Shown one piece after another: positions 1-7,654 of a stretch of DNA of 38,215 nucleotides. This stretch comes from Oscillospiraceae bacterium (lineage in GTDB: Bacteria; Bacillota; Clostridia; Oscillospirales; UBA929): positions 1-38,215 of the forward strand of contig JAISVO010000037.1 in the NCBI GenBank assembly GCA_031271525.1, in the 5' to 3' direction. Both the position numbers and the translations under genes were made by a program. Positions within the stretch are counted from its first letter, which is position 1, and the number at the start of each line of letters is the position of its first letter. The notes under the pieces are model-generated. The model did no database searches. It was not told the DNA's origin and was given only the letters and a program-made list of their open reading frames with translations.

Positions 1-344
1 TTATACAGAGTGTCCTGCCCGTACGAACGCGCAACATCTTCGGCGGCTCTGAACAACAACGAAGCGGCGCCCGTTCTGCGGGCGTCTTGTTTCACATACA
101 GCGATTCCAGCCAGATGACCGCATCGTCTTCCGTACGGCAGACGCAGTAGCCGAGAGCCTCGCCATCTTTCCGGCAGGTAAACACCGGATAGCCCTTTCG
201 CAGGTATTCGGCAAGCTCGTCTCTCGCTGACTGGAGGTTCTCCGCTGAGCTGATGTTCTTCAAGGCGTCCAGCTCGACCCGGAACCTTGCGGTCAAGGGC
301 GCGATCTCGCCAATTTCGCAGATGTCAATGCGTTGTATCGTCAT
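1..344 (-). CDS. GNAT-family N-acetyltransferase (partial; C-terminus runs off the left edge)
   Basis: The minus-strand frame is open from ATG (complement of 342-344) to position 1. It is missing from the ORF track only because no stop lies in the window. My translation is MTIQRIDICEIGEIAPLTARFRVELDALKNISSAENLQSARDELAEYLRKGYPVFTCRKDGEALGYCVCRTEDDAVIWLESLYVKQDARRTGAASLLFRAAEDVARSYGQDTLY... The segment LYVKQDARRTGAAS fits the GNAT acetyl-CoA motif A (R-x-x-G-x-A). Confidence 0.6.
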   Translation of the reverse strand, partial: MTIQRIDICEIGEIAPLTARFRVELDALKNISSAENLQSARDELAEYLRKGYPVFTCRKDGEALGYCVCRTEDDAVIWLESLYVKQDARRTGAASLLFRAAEDVARSYGQDTLY

Positions 345-485
345 AGCCGCACCTTCTGTCGCGAGTTGTATCAGGATACTGCCAGTATACCTTAAAGACT
401 TCCCGTTTGCAAGCAGGGGGCGGTTAGGGCATGGTGACGTGGAAACAGTCGAGTCCCATAAAGAGAGGATGCGTGCAATTTCTCC

Positions 486-514
486 TTGGCAAAGCTGCCA
501 AATTATGATATAGT
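486..514 (+). promoter_or_regulatory. sigma-70-like promoter, TTGGCA (486-491) - 17 nt - TATAGT (509-514)
   Basis: The hexamers and 17-nt spacer were read directly from the sequence. The element lies about 35 nt upstream of the ATG at 549, in an AT-richer gap between divergent genes. Confidence 0.35.
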
Positions 515-548
515 GACAGAGACACACGGGAGAGTGGAGGTGACCATC

Positions 549-894
549 ATGCTAACCACCCAAGGTTTTGACCTCTGGGCGGACGGGTACGACAAATCGG
601 TGGAGGAGGCGGACGAGAGCAATGCCTACCCGTTTGCCGGATATAGGAAGCTGATGAACGCCGTATACAACGCCGTCATGGTGCGGCGGCCCTGTCATTA
701 TCGGCGACGTTAGTTTTCCCGACAGGGACTGCTTGGAGCGGTGCAAAGCCTCCTGCGGCAGCGAATGGGACGGAGATGAGTTCTATTTTGTGTTCTCCGA
801 AATAAACGAAGCCCTGCGGGGTGAGTGCCAAATAACCTACCATCCGATATCCCATTGCTCCGGCATATTGGAGATACGCCATTTACAAAACTAA
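549..894 (+). pseudogene. Class I SAM-dependent methyltransferase remnant (internal deletion plus frameshift)
   Basis: A GGAGG RBS precedes the ATG at 549. The N-terminal piece MLTTQGFDLWADGYDKSVEEADESNAYPFAGYRKLMNAVYNAV resembles the start of small Clostridial methyltransferases but stops at 711-713 after VRRPCHYRRR. A second frame, open 658-894 with no start codon, reads ..PVIIGDVSFPDRDCLERCKASCGSEWDGDEFYFVFSEINEALRGECQITYHPISHCSGILEI and resembles the C-terminal end of the same family. The Rossmann/SAM-binding core (GxGxG) between the two pieces is absent. Confidence 0.45.
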
Positions 895-905
895 GGAGGA
901 AACCT

Positions 906-1634
906 ATGCTCACACTGGACAAACTGACGAAACACTTCAAGCAGGTCAAGGCGGTGCAGGAGGTCAGTTTCACCGTCTCCGGCGGCGAGATCTTCGGGCT
1001 GCTGGGCGCGAACGGAGCCGGGAAGACCACGACCCTCCGTCTCCTCGCGACGATGCTCACCCCGACCGGCGGCACGGCGACCATCGAGGGGATTGACCTG
1101 CTCAAACAGCCCGATTTGGTGCGGAGCCGGATCGGACTGCTGTTCGGCGGCGACGCCGGGCTGTATGACCGCCTGACGGCACGGGAAAACATCGTCTACT
1201 TTGCGCGGCTGTGCGGACGGACGGAGGAGGACGCCCACAGGCGGGCGGTCGAGCTCGCCCAAGCGTTCAACTTCAGCGAGTATCTGGATATGCACGCGAA
1301 AAAACTTAGCAAGGGCACCCGCCAAAAGGTAGCGCTGGCGCGCTCCGTCGTCCACGACCCCTCGGTGATGCTGTTCGACGAACCGATGGTGGGGCTGGAT
1401 GTCACCAGCCGGAAGGATGTTGAGGACTTCATGCAGGATTTGAAGACGAGAGGGAAGACAATCATCCTCTCCGACCACAACCTCAACATCACGGAAAGAC
1501 TCTGCGACAGAATCGGCATCCTACATAAGGGCGTGCTGACCGCCGTCGGGACGCTGGAGCAATTGTGCCGGGAACATCAATGCAGTAATTTGGAAGAAGT
1601 CTTCTTCAAACTGGCGGGGAGGTCGGAGGAATGA
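906..1634 (+). CDS. ABC transporter ATP-binding protein (NatA-like, ABC-2 exporter type)
   Basis: Walker A is GANGAGKTT, the signature-like motif is LSKGTRQKV and Walker B is MLFDEP. I prefer the ATG at 906 (MLTLDKLTKHF...) because AAGGAGGA sits 6-7 nt upstream. The track start at 825 lies inside the upstream pseudogene frame. The stop overlaps the next gene (ATGA at 1631-1634). Confidence 0.9.
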   Translation: MLTLDKLTKHFKQVKAVQEVSFTVSGGEIFGLLGANGAGKTTTLRLLATMLTPTGGTATIEGIDLLKQPDLVRSRIGLLFGGDAGLYDRLTARENIVYFARLCGRTEEDAHRRAVELAQAFNFSEYLDMHAKKLSKGTRQKVALARSVVHDPSVMLFDEPMVGLDVTSRKDVEDFMQDLKTRGKTIILSDHNLNITERLCDRIGILHKGVLTAVGTLEQLCREHQCSNLEEVFFKLAGRSEE

Positions 1635-2824
1635 AAAGCTTTACCGGGATCATCTTTAAGAAGGAGCTGCTGGAAATTGTGCGCGACCGGCGGACAATCC
1701 TCACAACCTTCCTGCTGCCGCTGCTGCTCTACCCGGTCATGTTCTGGTTCATCGGCTCGCAGACGGCAGACCAGATCGAAGGGCCTTCCGAAACCGTCCT
1801 CGCGGCGGGAGAAGGGGCCGCCGCCGCGATCGAAACCATCCTGCGCGACCCGGTATTCGCCGACGCGGGGATCCGCGTCGTCACGGCGGCCGACCCGACC
1901 GCCGCCCTGCGGGACGGGGAAGCCGACGCCGCTGTCGTATCGCTGACCCAAGACGGCGGCTTCACCGACCTCCGGCTGATCTATGACCCCAACAAGACGT
2001 CCTCCTCCATGTCGGTCAGCCACATCAGCGGGCTCTTAACGGCCTATAACCAAGTGGCCCAGTCGCAGAAGCTCGCCGAGCTGGGGATTTCGCTCAGCGA
2101 CCTTGCCCCGGTGAGCTTTGAGGCGGTTTCACTGGAGATTGAGTCGGGCGGCGAGGAGAGCGGCGCCGGGATGTTCCTCTCGATGATGCTCCCGATGCTG
2201 ATGATCATGCTGCTCAGTATCGGCGGGATGGCGACCGCCGTCGACCTCTTCGCCGGGGAGAAGGAGCGCCGCACCTTCGAGCCGCTCCTCTGTACGGGCG
2301 CGCGCCGCACCGATATTCTGGCGGGCAAGCTTCTGGCGGTAACCGTAATGTCAATCCTCTCCGCGGTCGCGAGCGTTGTCGGAATGGTCGCCGGATACCT
2401 CGTCAACCCCCGTGCGATGACGCTCGGCTTGGACGACGCGCAGGGGCTTGCGCTGCCACTGCCTACCGTCCTGTTTATCCTGCTGATTGTCGCCGCTACC
2501 GCCGTCTTCTTCTCCGGCCTGCACATCCTGCTGTCCACCTACGCCCGGACGGTAAAGGAAGCTTCGACCTACGGCTCGTTCGTCATGATCGTCAGTTATG
2601 TGCCGATTTTCGCCACCATGCAGATGCTCGGCGGCGACTTCGAGCAGTGGACGGCGTTTGTGCCGGTCATGAACGTCACCGGCTGTTTGAAGATGGTCCT
2701 CGCGGGGATCGAAAACCCGCTGTATATGATGATCACCCTCCTCGTCACCGTGCTGTTCGTCGGCATCGTCCTCGCCGCCGGACGGTATATGTTCCAGAAG
2801 GAGAACATCATGCTCCGGGCGTGA
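1631..2824 (+). CDS. ABC-2 family permease (NatB-like)
   Basis: 397 aa. There is an N-terminal TM segment, a large extracytoplasmic loop, then about five C-terminal TM segments. The N-terminus is the typical IFKKELLEIVRDRRTIL. The gene is translationally coupled to the ATPase. Confidence 0.85.
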   Translation: MKSFTGIIFKKELLEIVRDRRTILTTFLLPLLLYPVMFWFIGSQTADQIEGPSETVLAAGEGAAAAIETILRDPVFADAGIRVVTAADPTAALRDGEADAAVVSLTQDGGFTDLRLIYDPNKTSSSMSVSHISGLLTAYNQVAQSQKLAELGISLSDLAPVSFEAVSLEIESGGEESGAGMFLSMMLPMLMIMLLSIGGMATAVDLFAGEKERRTFEPLLCTGARRTDILAGKLLAVTVMSILSAVASVVGMVAGYLVNPRAMTLGLDDAQGLALPLPTVLFILLIVAATAVFFSGLHILLSTYARTVKEASTYGSFVMIVSYVPIFATMQMLGGDFEQWTAFVPVMNVTGCLKMVLAGIENPLYMMITLLVTVLFVGIVLAAGRYMFQKENIMLRA

Positions 2825-2929
2825 CCGGAGACACGGAGATTTTGCTATGGATGCATATCATTTTCCGCAGTGTATATCGTTCCGATAGGTATGAACGCGC
2901 CCGTGATCTGCAGAACGCCGGGTGACGGC

Positions 2930-3961
2930 TCAACAGCTGTCATATTGCCGTACGCTGTCCCGTATCTGTAAAGACACGTTCAAACGGATGATTTTGGGGT
3001 CGATAACCTCCTTCCGCAGAATGCGCAGCAATTGGGCGACGGCATACGACGCTTTTTTTGAAACCGTCTGACGGACAGTTGTGAGCTTCGGCCTGCATTG
3101 AATGGATAACACGGAGTCGTCGAAGCCGCAAACCGAAATATCGTCGGGTACCCGTACGCCGTGGTCTTGGAAAATGTTTATCGAATCAACCGCATAAAAG
3201 TCCGAGGCAAAGAACAGAGCGGTATGTCCCCGGAACTTTTCTTTGAGTAAGGCGGCTAAGAAGGCATGGCGTTCTGGATTTCTATGACTGATATTGATAT
3301 AGTGGTCGTCGCTGACCGGAAGATGATGATCCCTCAGCGCGGCGAAGAATCCCTCCCTCCGCTCATAGTCAACCCCCATCGGCGGATTCCCGTCCGCGAG
3401 AAAGGCAATCTGCCTGTGTCCCTGATGGATTAAGTGCTGCGTCATCATGTACGCGCCCTTTTTATCGTGCAGGCCAACATTGACATAGTCGTTGCCGTCC
3501 TCATTGAAATAGGAGTCGATAAAAACAAGCGGCGTATCGGTTCCCTCCACATAGCGCGCGCAGTCATACGCGAGCGCGCCGAGGACAATTAACCCCTCCA
3601 CCTTCCATGAAGCCGCGATACGTAAGCCCTCATCAACATTTTTGGCTGTATACAGCATCATATAATAGCCGTTTGAGCGGATCTCCTGCTCCAAAGCGCT
3701 GAAGACTTCCGAGAAAAAAGAGTCTTGGACGGCGTTTAGTTCGTTGCGGCGTTCATAGGTAAGAATGACGCCGATAATCCGCGACCCGCTGTTTCCAAAC
3801 AAACGCCCCGCCATATTGGAAATATAATGGTGTTCCCGAAGTGTCCGCTCCACCTTTTCGCGGGTTTGGGCGGACATTTTCTTTGTGCGCCCATTAATGA
3901 CATGGGACACCGTGCTGGGGCTGACCCCGGCAAACTCGGCGATCTGCTTAATCGTAACCAT
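2930..3961 (-). CDS. LacI-family transcriptional regulator
   Basis: The N-terminal helix-turn-helix is MVTIKQIAEFAGVSPSTVSHVINGRTKKMSAQTREKV, followed by a periplasmic-binding-protein-like sugar-binding core. The RBS is AAGGAGGA (complement of about 3968-3975). The gene is divergent from the glycoside-hydrolase operon. Confidence 0.92.
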   Translation of the reverse strand: MVTIKQIAEFAGVSPSTVSHVINGRTKKMSAQTREKVERTLREHHYISNMAGRLFGNSGSRIIGVILTYERRNELNAVQDSFFSEVFSALEQEIRSNGYYMMLYTAKNVDEGLRIAASWKVEGLIVLGALAYDCARYVEGTDTPLVFIDSYFNEDGNDYVNVGLHDKKGAYMMTQHLIHQGHRQIAFLADGNPPMGVDYERREGFFAALRDHHLPVSDDHYINISHRNPERHAFLAALLKEKFRGHTALFFASDFYAVDSINIFQDHGVRVPDDISVCGFDDSVLSIQCRPKLTTVRQTVSKKASYAVAQLLRILRKEVIDPKIIRLNVSLQIRDSVRQYDSC

Positions 3962-4067
3962 TCTGGTCCTCCTTGTTCAGAGCAACTTCACCGCCCATTA
4001 TAACAGCGAACCGCGCAAACAGTCAAACCCTGAGAGGAAATATTTATAAGGAATCGCGCAATACCTA

Positions 4068-4096
4068 TTGACGAAGCATTGAGTGCGTGCTATACT
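4068..4096 (+). promoter_or_regulatory. sigma-70 promoter of the glycan operon, TTGACG (4068-4073) - 17 nt - TATACT (4091-4096)
   Basis: Near-consensus hexamers with the optimal 17-nt spacer lie about 60 nt upstream of the TTG start at 4158. This is the only strong promoter-like element I see before the 16.5-kb gene run. Confidence 0.5.
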
Positions 4097-4100
4097 CAAT
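4078..4100. promoter_or_regulatory. Inverted repeat ATTGAGT-N9-ACTCAAT overlapping the -10 box (candidate operator)
   Basis: The 7-bp arms are perfect (4078-4084 and 4094-4100) and span the spacer and -10 of the promoter above. The adjacent divergent LacI-family gene makes repressor binding plausible. The 9-bp spacer is not the classic contiguous LacI palindrome. Confidence 0.3.
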
Positions 4101-4157
4101 CTATGGTGACGCGCAACACTGCAAATCCGAACTAAGTATTGGCTAGGAGGAAGGATT

Positions 4158-5816
4158 TTGGATCTATGCAACTGGTGGAAAGAAGCCGTCGTATACCAGA
4201 TATATCCGCGCAGTTTTCAGGATTCCAACGGCGACGGAATCGGCGACATACAGGGGATCATCAGCCGGCTGGATTATCTGAAGGATTTGGGAATCGACAT
4301 TATCTGGCTCAGTCCGGTCTATCAGTCCCCCAATATCGACGGCGGGTATGACATCTCCGATTATCAGGCAGTCTCCTCCGATTTCGGGACAATGGAGGAC
4401 ATGGAGCGGCTCTTGCAGCAAGCTCATCTGCGAGGACTGCGCGTCGTCATGGATTTGGTGGTCAACCACACTTCCGACCAGCACGCTTGGTTTTTAGAAT
4501 CCCGCTCGTCAAAAGACAATCCGAAACGGGATTGGTATATCTGGCGCGACGGTTTTCAGGACGGTGAGGAACCGAACGGGTTACGCAGCGTCTTCTCAGG
4601 TTCGGCGTGGGAGAAGGACGAGCAAACAGGGCAGTACTATATGCATCTGTTCGCGAGGGAACAGCCCGACCTGAACTGGGAGAATGCCGAGGTCCGCGAA
4701 GCGGTATACAGGATGATGCGGTGGTGGCTCGACAAAGGCGTTGACGGCTTCCGGATGGATGTGATCAACATGATCTCAAAACCGCCGGAGGCGCTGGCTG
4801 CGAGCGGCGGGGCTGGCTGCGAATGCGTCAACGGGCCGTATGTGCATACATACCTGCAAGAGATGAACAGAGAGGTCTTAAAACGGTACGATATCATGAC
4901 GGTGGGGGAAACGCCGGGTGTCACCGTTGAGCAAGCCCGGCAATACGGAGCCTCCGATTCGTCGGAATTGTCCATGATATTCCAATTTGAGCTGATGGAC
5001 ATAGACTCCGGGGCTTTAGGCAAGTGGAACCTACGCAGGTACGCGCTGCCGGAATTGAAGCGTATCCTGTCGCGCTGGCAGACGGGATTGGAAGGGTTCG
5101 CGTGGAACAGCCTGTTTTGGTCCAACCACGACCAACCGAGAGCCGTGAGCCGCTTTGGGGACGATTCCAACGACGAGAACCGGGTTTTGAGCGCAAAAAT
5201 GCTCGCCACCTGCCTGCACATGATGCAGGGCACGCCGTATATCTACCAAGGCGAGGAGCTTGGCATGACCAATATGCCATTTTCGGGATTGGAAGACATC
5301 CGGGACATCGAGACAGTCAACGCCTACAACGAGTTGGTCCGCCAAAAGCATATCTACACGCATGACGAGATGATGGCGAGGATCCGCAAATCCGGGCGTG
5401 ATAACGCCCGCACCCCGATGCAGTGGAACGGCGCGCAAAACGGCGGCTTTACCAATGGCACCCCGTGGATCGCGGTGAACCCCAACACCAAAACGATTAA
5501 CGCGGCCAGTCAAGCCGGCGACCCCGACTCGGTCTTCTCCTATTACAAAAAACTGATCCGGCTGCGTAAGCAATACCCGGTCATTGTGTACGGCTCATAT
5601 ACCGAGCCAGATCCCGGCGACGAGCGGGTTTTCGCGTATACCCGCAGATGGGGCGGTTCCGCGCTGTATGTACGGTGCAACTTCACGGCGGAGACGATAG
5701 ACAATATCGAGGTTCCGCGAAACGCGGAACTCCTGATCGGAAACTACCCGGAACCGGTCGAAACGATGCGTCCGTATGAGGCGCGCGTGTATTACGGTGA
5801 GTCGGATGAAGGGTAA
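4158..5816 (+). CDS. GH13 subfamily-31-type alpha-glucosidase, probably oligo-1,6-glucosidase / glucan 1,6-alpha-glucosidase (cytoplasmic)
   Basis: TTG start with AGGAGGAAGGA upstream. Motifs seen are WWKEAVVYQIYPRSFQDSNGDGIGD, DLVVNHTSDQH, GVDGFRMDVINMI (nucleophile Asp followed by Val), MTVGETPG (acid/base Glu) and FWSNHDQPR. No signal peptide. Confidence 0.92.
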   Translation: MDLCNWWKEAVVYQIYPRSFQDSNGDGIGDIQGIISRLDYLKDLGIDIIWLSPVYQSPNIDGGYDISDYQAVSSDFGTMEDMERLLQQAHLRGLRVVMDLVVNHTSDQHAWFLESRSSKDNPKRDWYIWRDGFQDGEEPNGLRSVFSGSAWEKDEQTGQYYMHLFAREQPDLNWENAEVREAVYRMMRWWLDKGVDGFRMDVINMISKPPEALAASGGAGCECVNGPYVHTYLQEMNREVLKRYDIMTVGETPGVTVEQARQYGASDSSELSMIFQFELMDIDSGALGKWNLRRYALPELKRILSRWQTGLEGFAWNSLFWSNHDQPRAVSRFGDDSNDENRVLSAKMLATCLHMMQGTPYIYQGEELGMTNMPFSGLEDIRDIETVNAYNELVRQKHIYTHDEMMARIRKSGRDNARTPMQWNGAQNGGFTNGTPWIAVNPNTKTINAASQAGDPDSVFSYYKKLIRLRKQYPVIVYGSYTEPDPGDERVFAYTRRWGGSALYVRCNFTAETIDNIEVPRNAELLIGNYPEPVETMRPYEARVYYGESDEG

Positions 5817-7638
5817 GATTTTTGCCGCCTGTTTGGTTCTGCTGGCGTCTTCCTGCTCAAAAGCGCCGTCCGCGCCGCCGGCAAGCGAGCCGCCCCCGCC
5901 GCCGCCGACTGCCCCCATAGAACAAATTGAGGAGCTGCGAAGTATGGTTCTGATCCGCGACCTGTACACCGACAAGAGCCGGTACAACCCCGGTGATACG
6001 CCCGTCCTGACTGTGGAGCTCAGTGACGCGGATATTGGGTTGTTTACCGTCGGTGTCAAGGTGCGGCATGTCTTCGCCGAAGTGTTTTCGACGGACGTCG
6101 AGACGACCGCCGCGGAGGGGACGGTGGATATTCCGCTCACCCTTCCGGAGGACGATTTTACCGGCTACAGCGTGGAAGTGACCTGCCGCGCCGGAAAGGA
6201 ACTGCTGGACTATGGCATGACCGCCGTGGACGTATCAAGCGATTGGAATGTTTTTCCACGATATGGTTACCTTACGAAGATGAAGGCGCGCACGGAGGAC
6301 GATAGCAGACGCGTACTGGACCGTCTGCGGAAGCACCATATCACCGGGCTGTTTTACTATGACGTCATCGACGCGCACGACAAGCCGCTGGCGGGAACGG
6401 TTGACAATCCGGCTGAATCATGGAACACGCTGAACCATGCGCCGGCCTCCAGACAAACGGTCATCGACCTGATCCGTATCGGCCATGAGTATAACATGGC
6501 TTCGTTCCTCTATAATTTGATTTTTGGAGCCTATGATGATTACCGGCAGAAGGGCGTCTCAGCCGAATGGGGCCTTTACAAAGACCCAAGGCATGAGAAA
6601 CAGGACAACCACGATTTGTCGTCGCTCGGGTGGGAATCAAAGCGCCTTTGGGTGTTTGACCCCGGAAATACGCAATGGCAGGACTACTACGTCAAAGTCC
6701 ACGCGGATGTTTTGAACGCTTTTGGCTACGACGGCATTCAGGTGGACTCCCTCGGAAACCGGGGTGTTCTGTTTGACTACGACGGGAATCCGGTCAAGTT
6801 AAATGAGCGGTATACTTCCCTTCTGTCACGGCTGAAGGAGGAGCTGAATACCCGCGTCCTGTTCAACGCCGTTTCGGGCTACGGAATGAGCGAACAGCTA
6901 ACCGCAAGCTATCCCGACATCCTATATATGGAGATATGGCCGGGCGACGGTTCCTCCTACACCAAGCTCAAAACCGAAACAGACCGCATTTACAAGGCGA
7001 CGGGCGGAGAGCGGGGAACGGTGTTGGCGGCGTACATGAATTATGGGAAGAACGGTAAAACGTTCAATCGGCCCGGGGTCAACCTGACCAATGCCGTTCT
7101 GCTGGCAGCCGGCGGCAGCCACTTAGAGCTGGGCGACACAGGGATGCTCAGCAGCGAGTATTATCCGGGCGAATCGCTGCTGATACCGGAGACGCTGGCC
7201 GGAGATCTGCGCGGATACTACTCTTTCATGACGGCGTATGAAAACCTGCTGCGCGGGCCCGGGCTGACCGACGGCAAAAACAGCGTCTATATCGGCGGAA
7301 ACCTAGCTTCCGTTATCGCGGACAAAGACCGCGTCTGGAGCTTCTCCAAAGAAAAAGAGGACGGCACCGGAATCTATCATTTGATCAACCTGACTGGGGT
7401 TGAGCATACCGATTGGGCGGACACAGACAGCACCCAAACCGAGCCGTCGCCTCTAAAAAACCAGATTACCCGGATATACGCCGCAAAAACTCCACGGACG
7501 GTGGGGGTGGCTTCCCCCGATTGGCGGAGCGGGCTCTTGACCGAAGTACCCTTCACATGCGGAGCGGACGAGAAAGGCGCGTACATCGAGTTTACGTTAC
7601 CCAGCTTAACGTATTGGACAATGGTCGTAACAAAGTAA
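5806..7638 (+). CDS. GH66-like dextranase-type glycoside hydrolase, probable lipoprotein
   Basis: I prefer the ATG at 5806: MKGKIFAACLVLLASSC, a signal peptide with a lipobox-like Cys followed by a Pro-rich linker. GH66-like segments are DVSSDWNVFPRYGYL, HITGLFYYDVIDAHD, FGYDGIQVDSLGNRG (candidate nucleophile Asp) and ILYMEIWPG (candidate acid/base Glu). The start overlaps the GH13 gene by 11 nt. Confidence 0.75.
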   Translation: MKGKIFAACLVLLASSCSKAPSAPPASEPPPPPPTAPIEQIEELRSMVLIRDLYTDKSRYNPGDTPVLTVELSDADIGLFTVGVKVRHVFAEVFSTDVETTAAEGTVDIPLTLPEDDFTGYSVEVTCRAGKELLDYGMTAVDVSSDWNVFPRYGYLTKMKARTEDDSRRVLDRLRKHHITGLFYYDVIDAHDKPLAGTVDNPAESWNTLNHAPASRQTVIDLIRIGHEYNMASFLYNLIFGAYDDYRQKGVSAEWGLYKDPRHEKQDNHDLSSLGWESKRLWVFDPGNTQWQDYYVKVHADVLNAFGYDGIQVDSLGNRGVLFDYDGNPVKLNERYTSLLSRLKEELNTRVLFNAVSGYGMSEQLTASYPDILYMEIWPGDGSSYTKLKTETDRIYKATGGERGTVLAAYMNYGKNGKTFNRPGVNLTNAVLLAAGGSHLELGDTGMLSSEYYPGESLLIPETLAGDLRGYYSFMTAYENLLRGPGLTDGKNSVYIGGNLASVIADKDRVWSFSKEKEDGTGIYHLINLTGVEHTDWADTDSTQTEPSPLKNQITRIYAAKTPRTVGVASPDWRSGLLTEVPFTCGADEKGAYIEFTLPSLTYWTMVVTK

Positions 7639-7654
7639 GGAAAGGAAGAGACAC

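Noticed and set aside
486-501. TTGGCA-AAGC-TGCCAA palindrome, considered as a sigma-54 (-24/-12) element or operator
   Set aside because: The GG-to-GC spacing is about 7 nt, not the 10 nt required for sigma-54. The left arm is better explained as the -35 of a sigma-70 promoter with a properly spaced TATAGT. An operator role cannot be excluded, but nothing else supports it.
253-513. 86-aa plus-strand ORF
   Set aside because: It overlaps the GNAT gene on the opposite strand and runs through the promoter region. It has no RBS and a low-complexity product.
710-1478. Minus-strand ORFs of 160 and 195 aa (710-1192 and 891-1478)
   Set aside because: They are antisense to the methyltransferase remnant and the NatA-like ATPase gene. 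The plus-strand ATPase has Walker A and B motifs.
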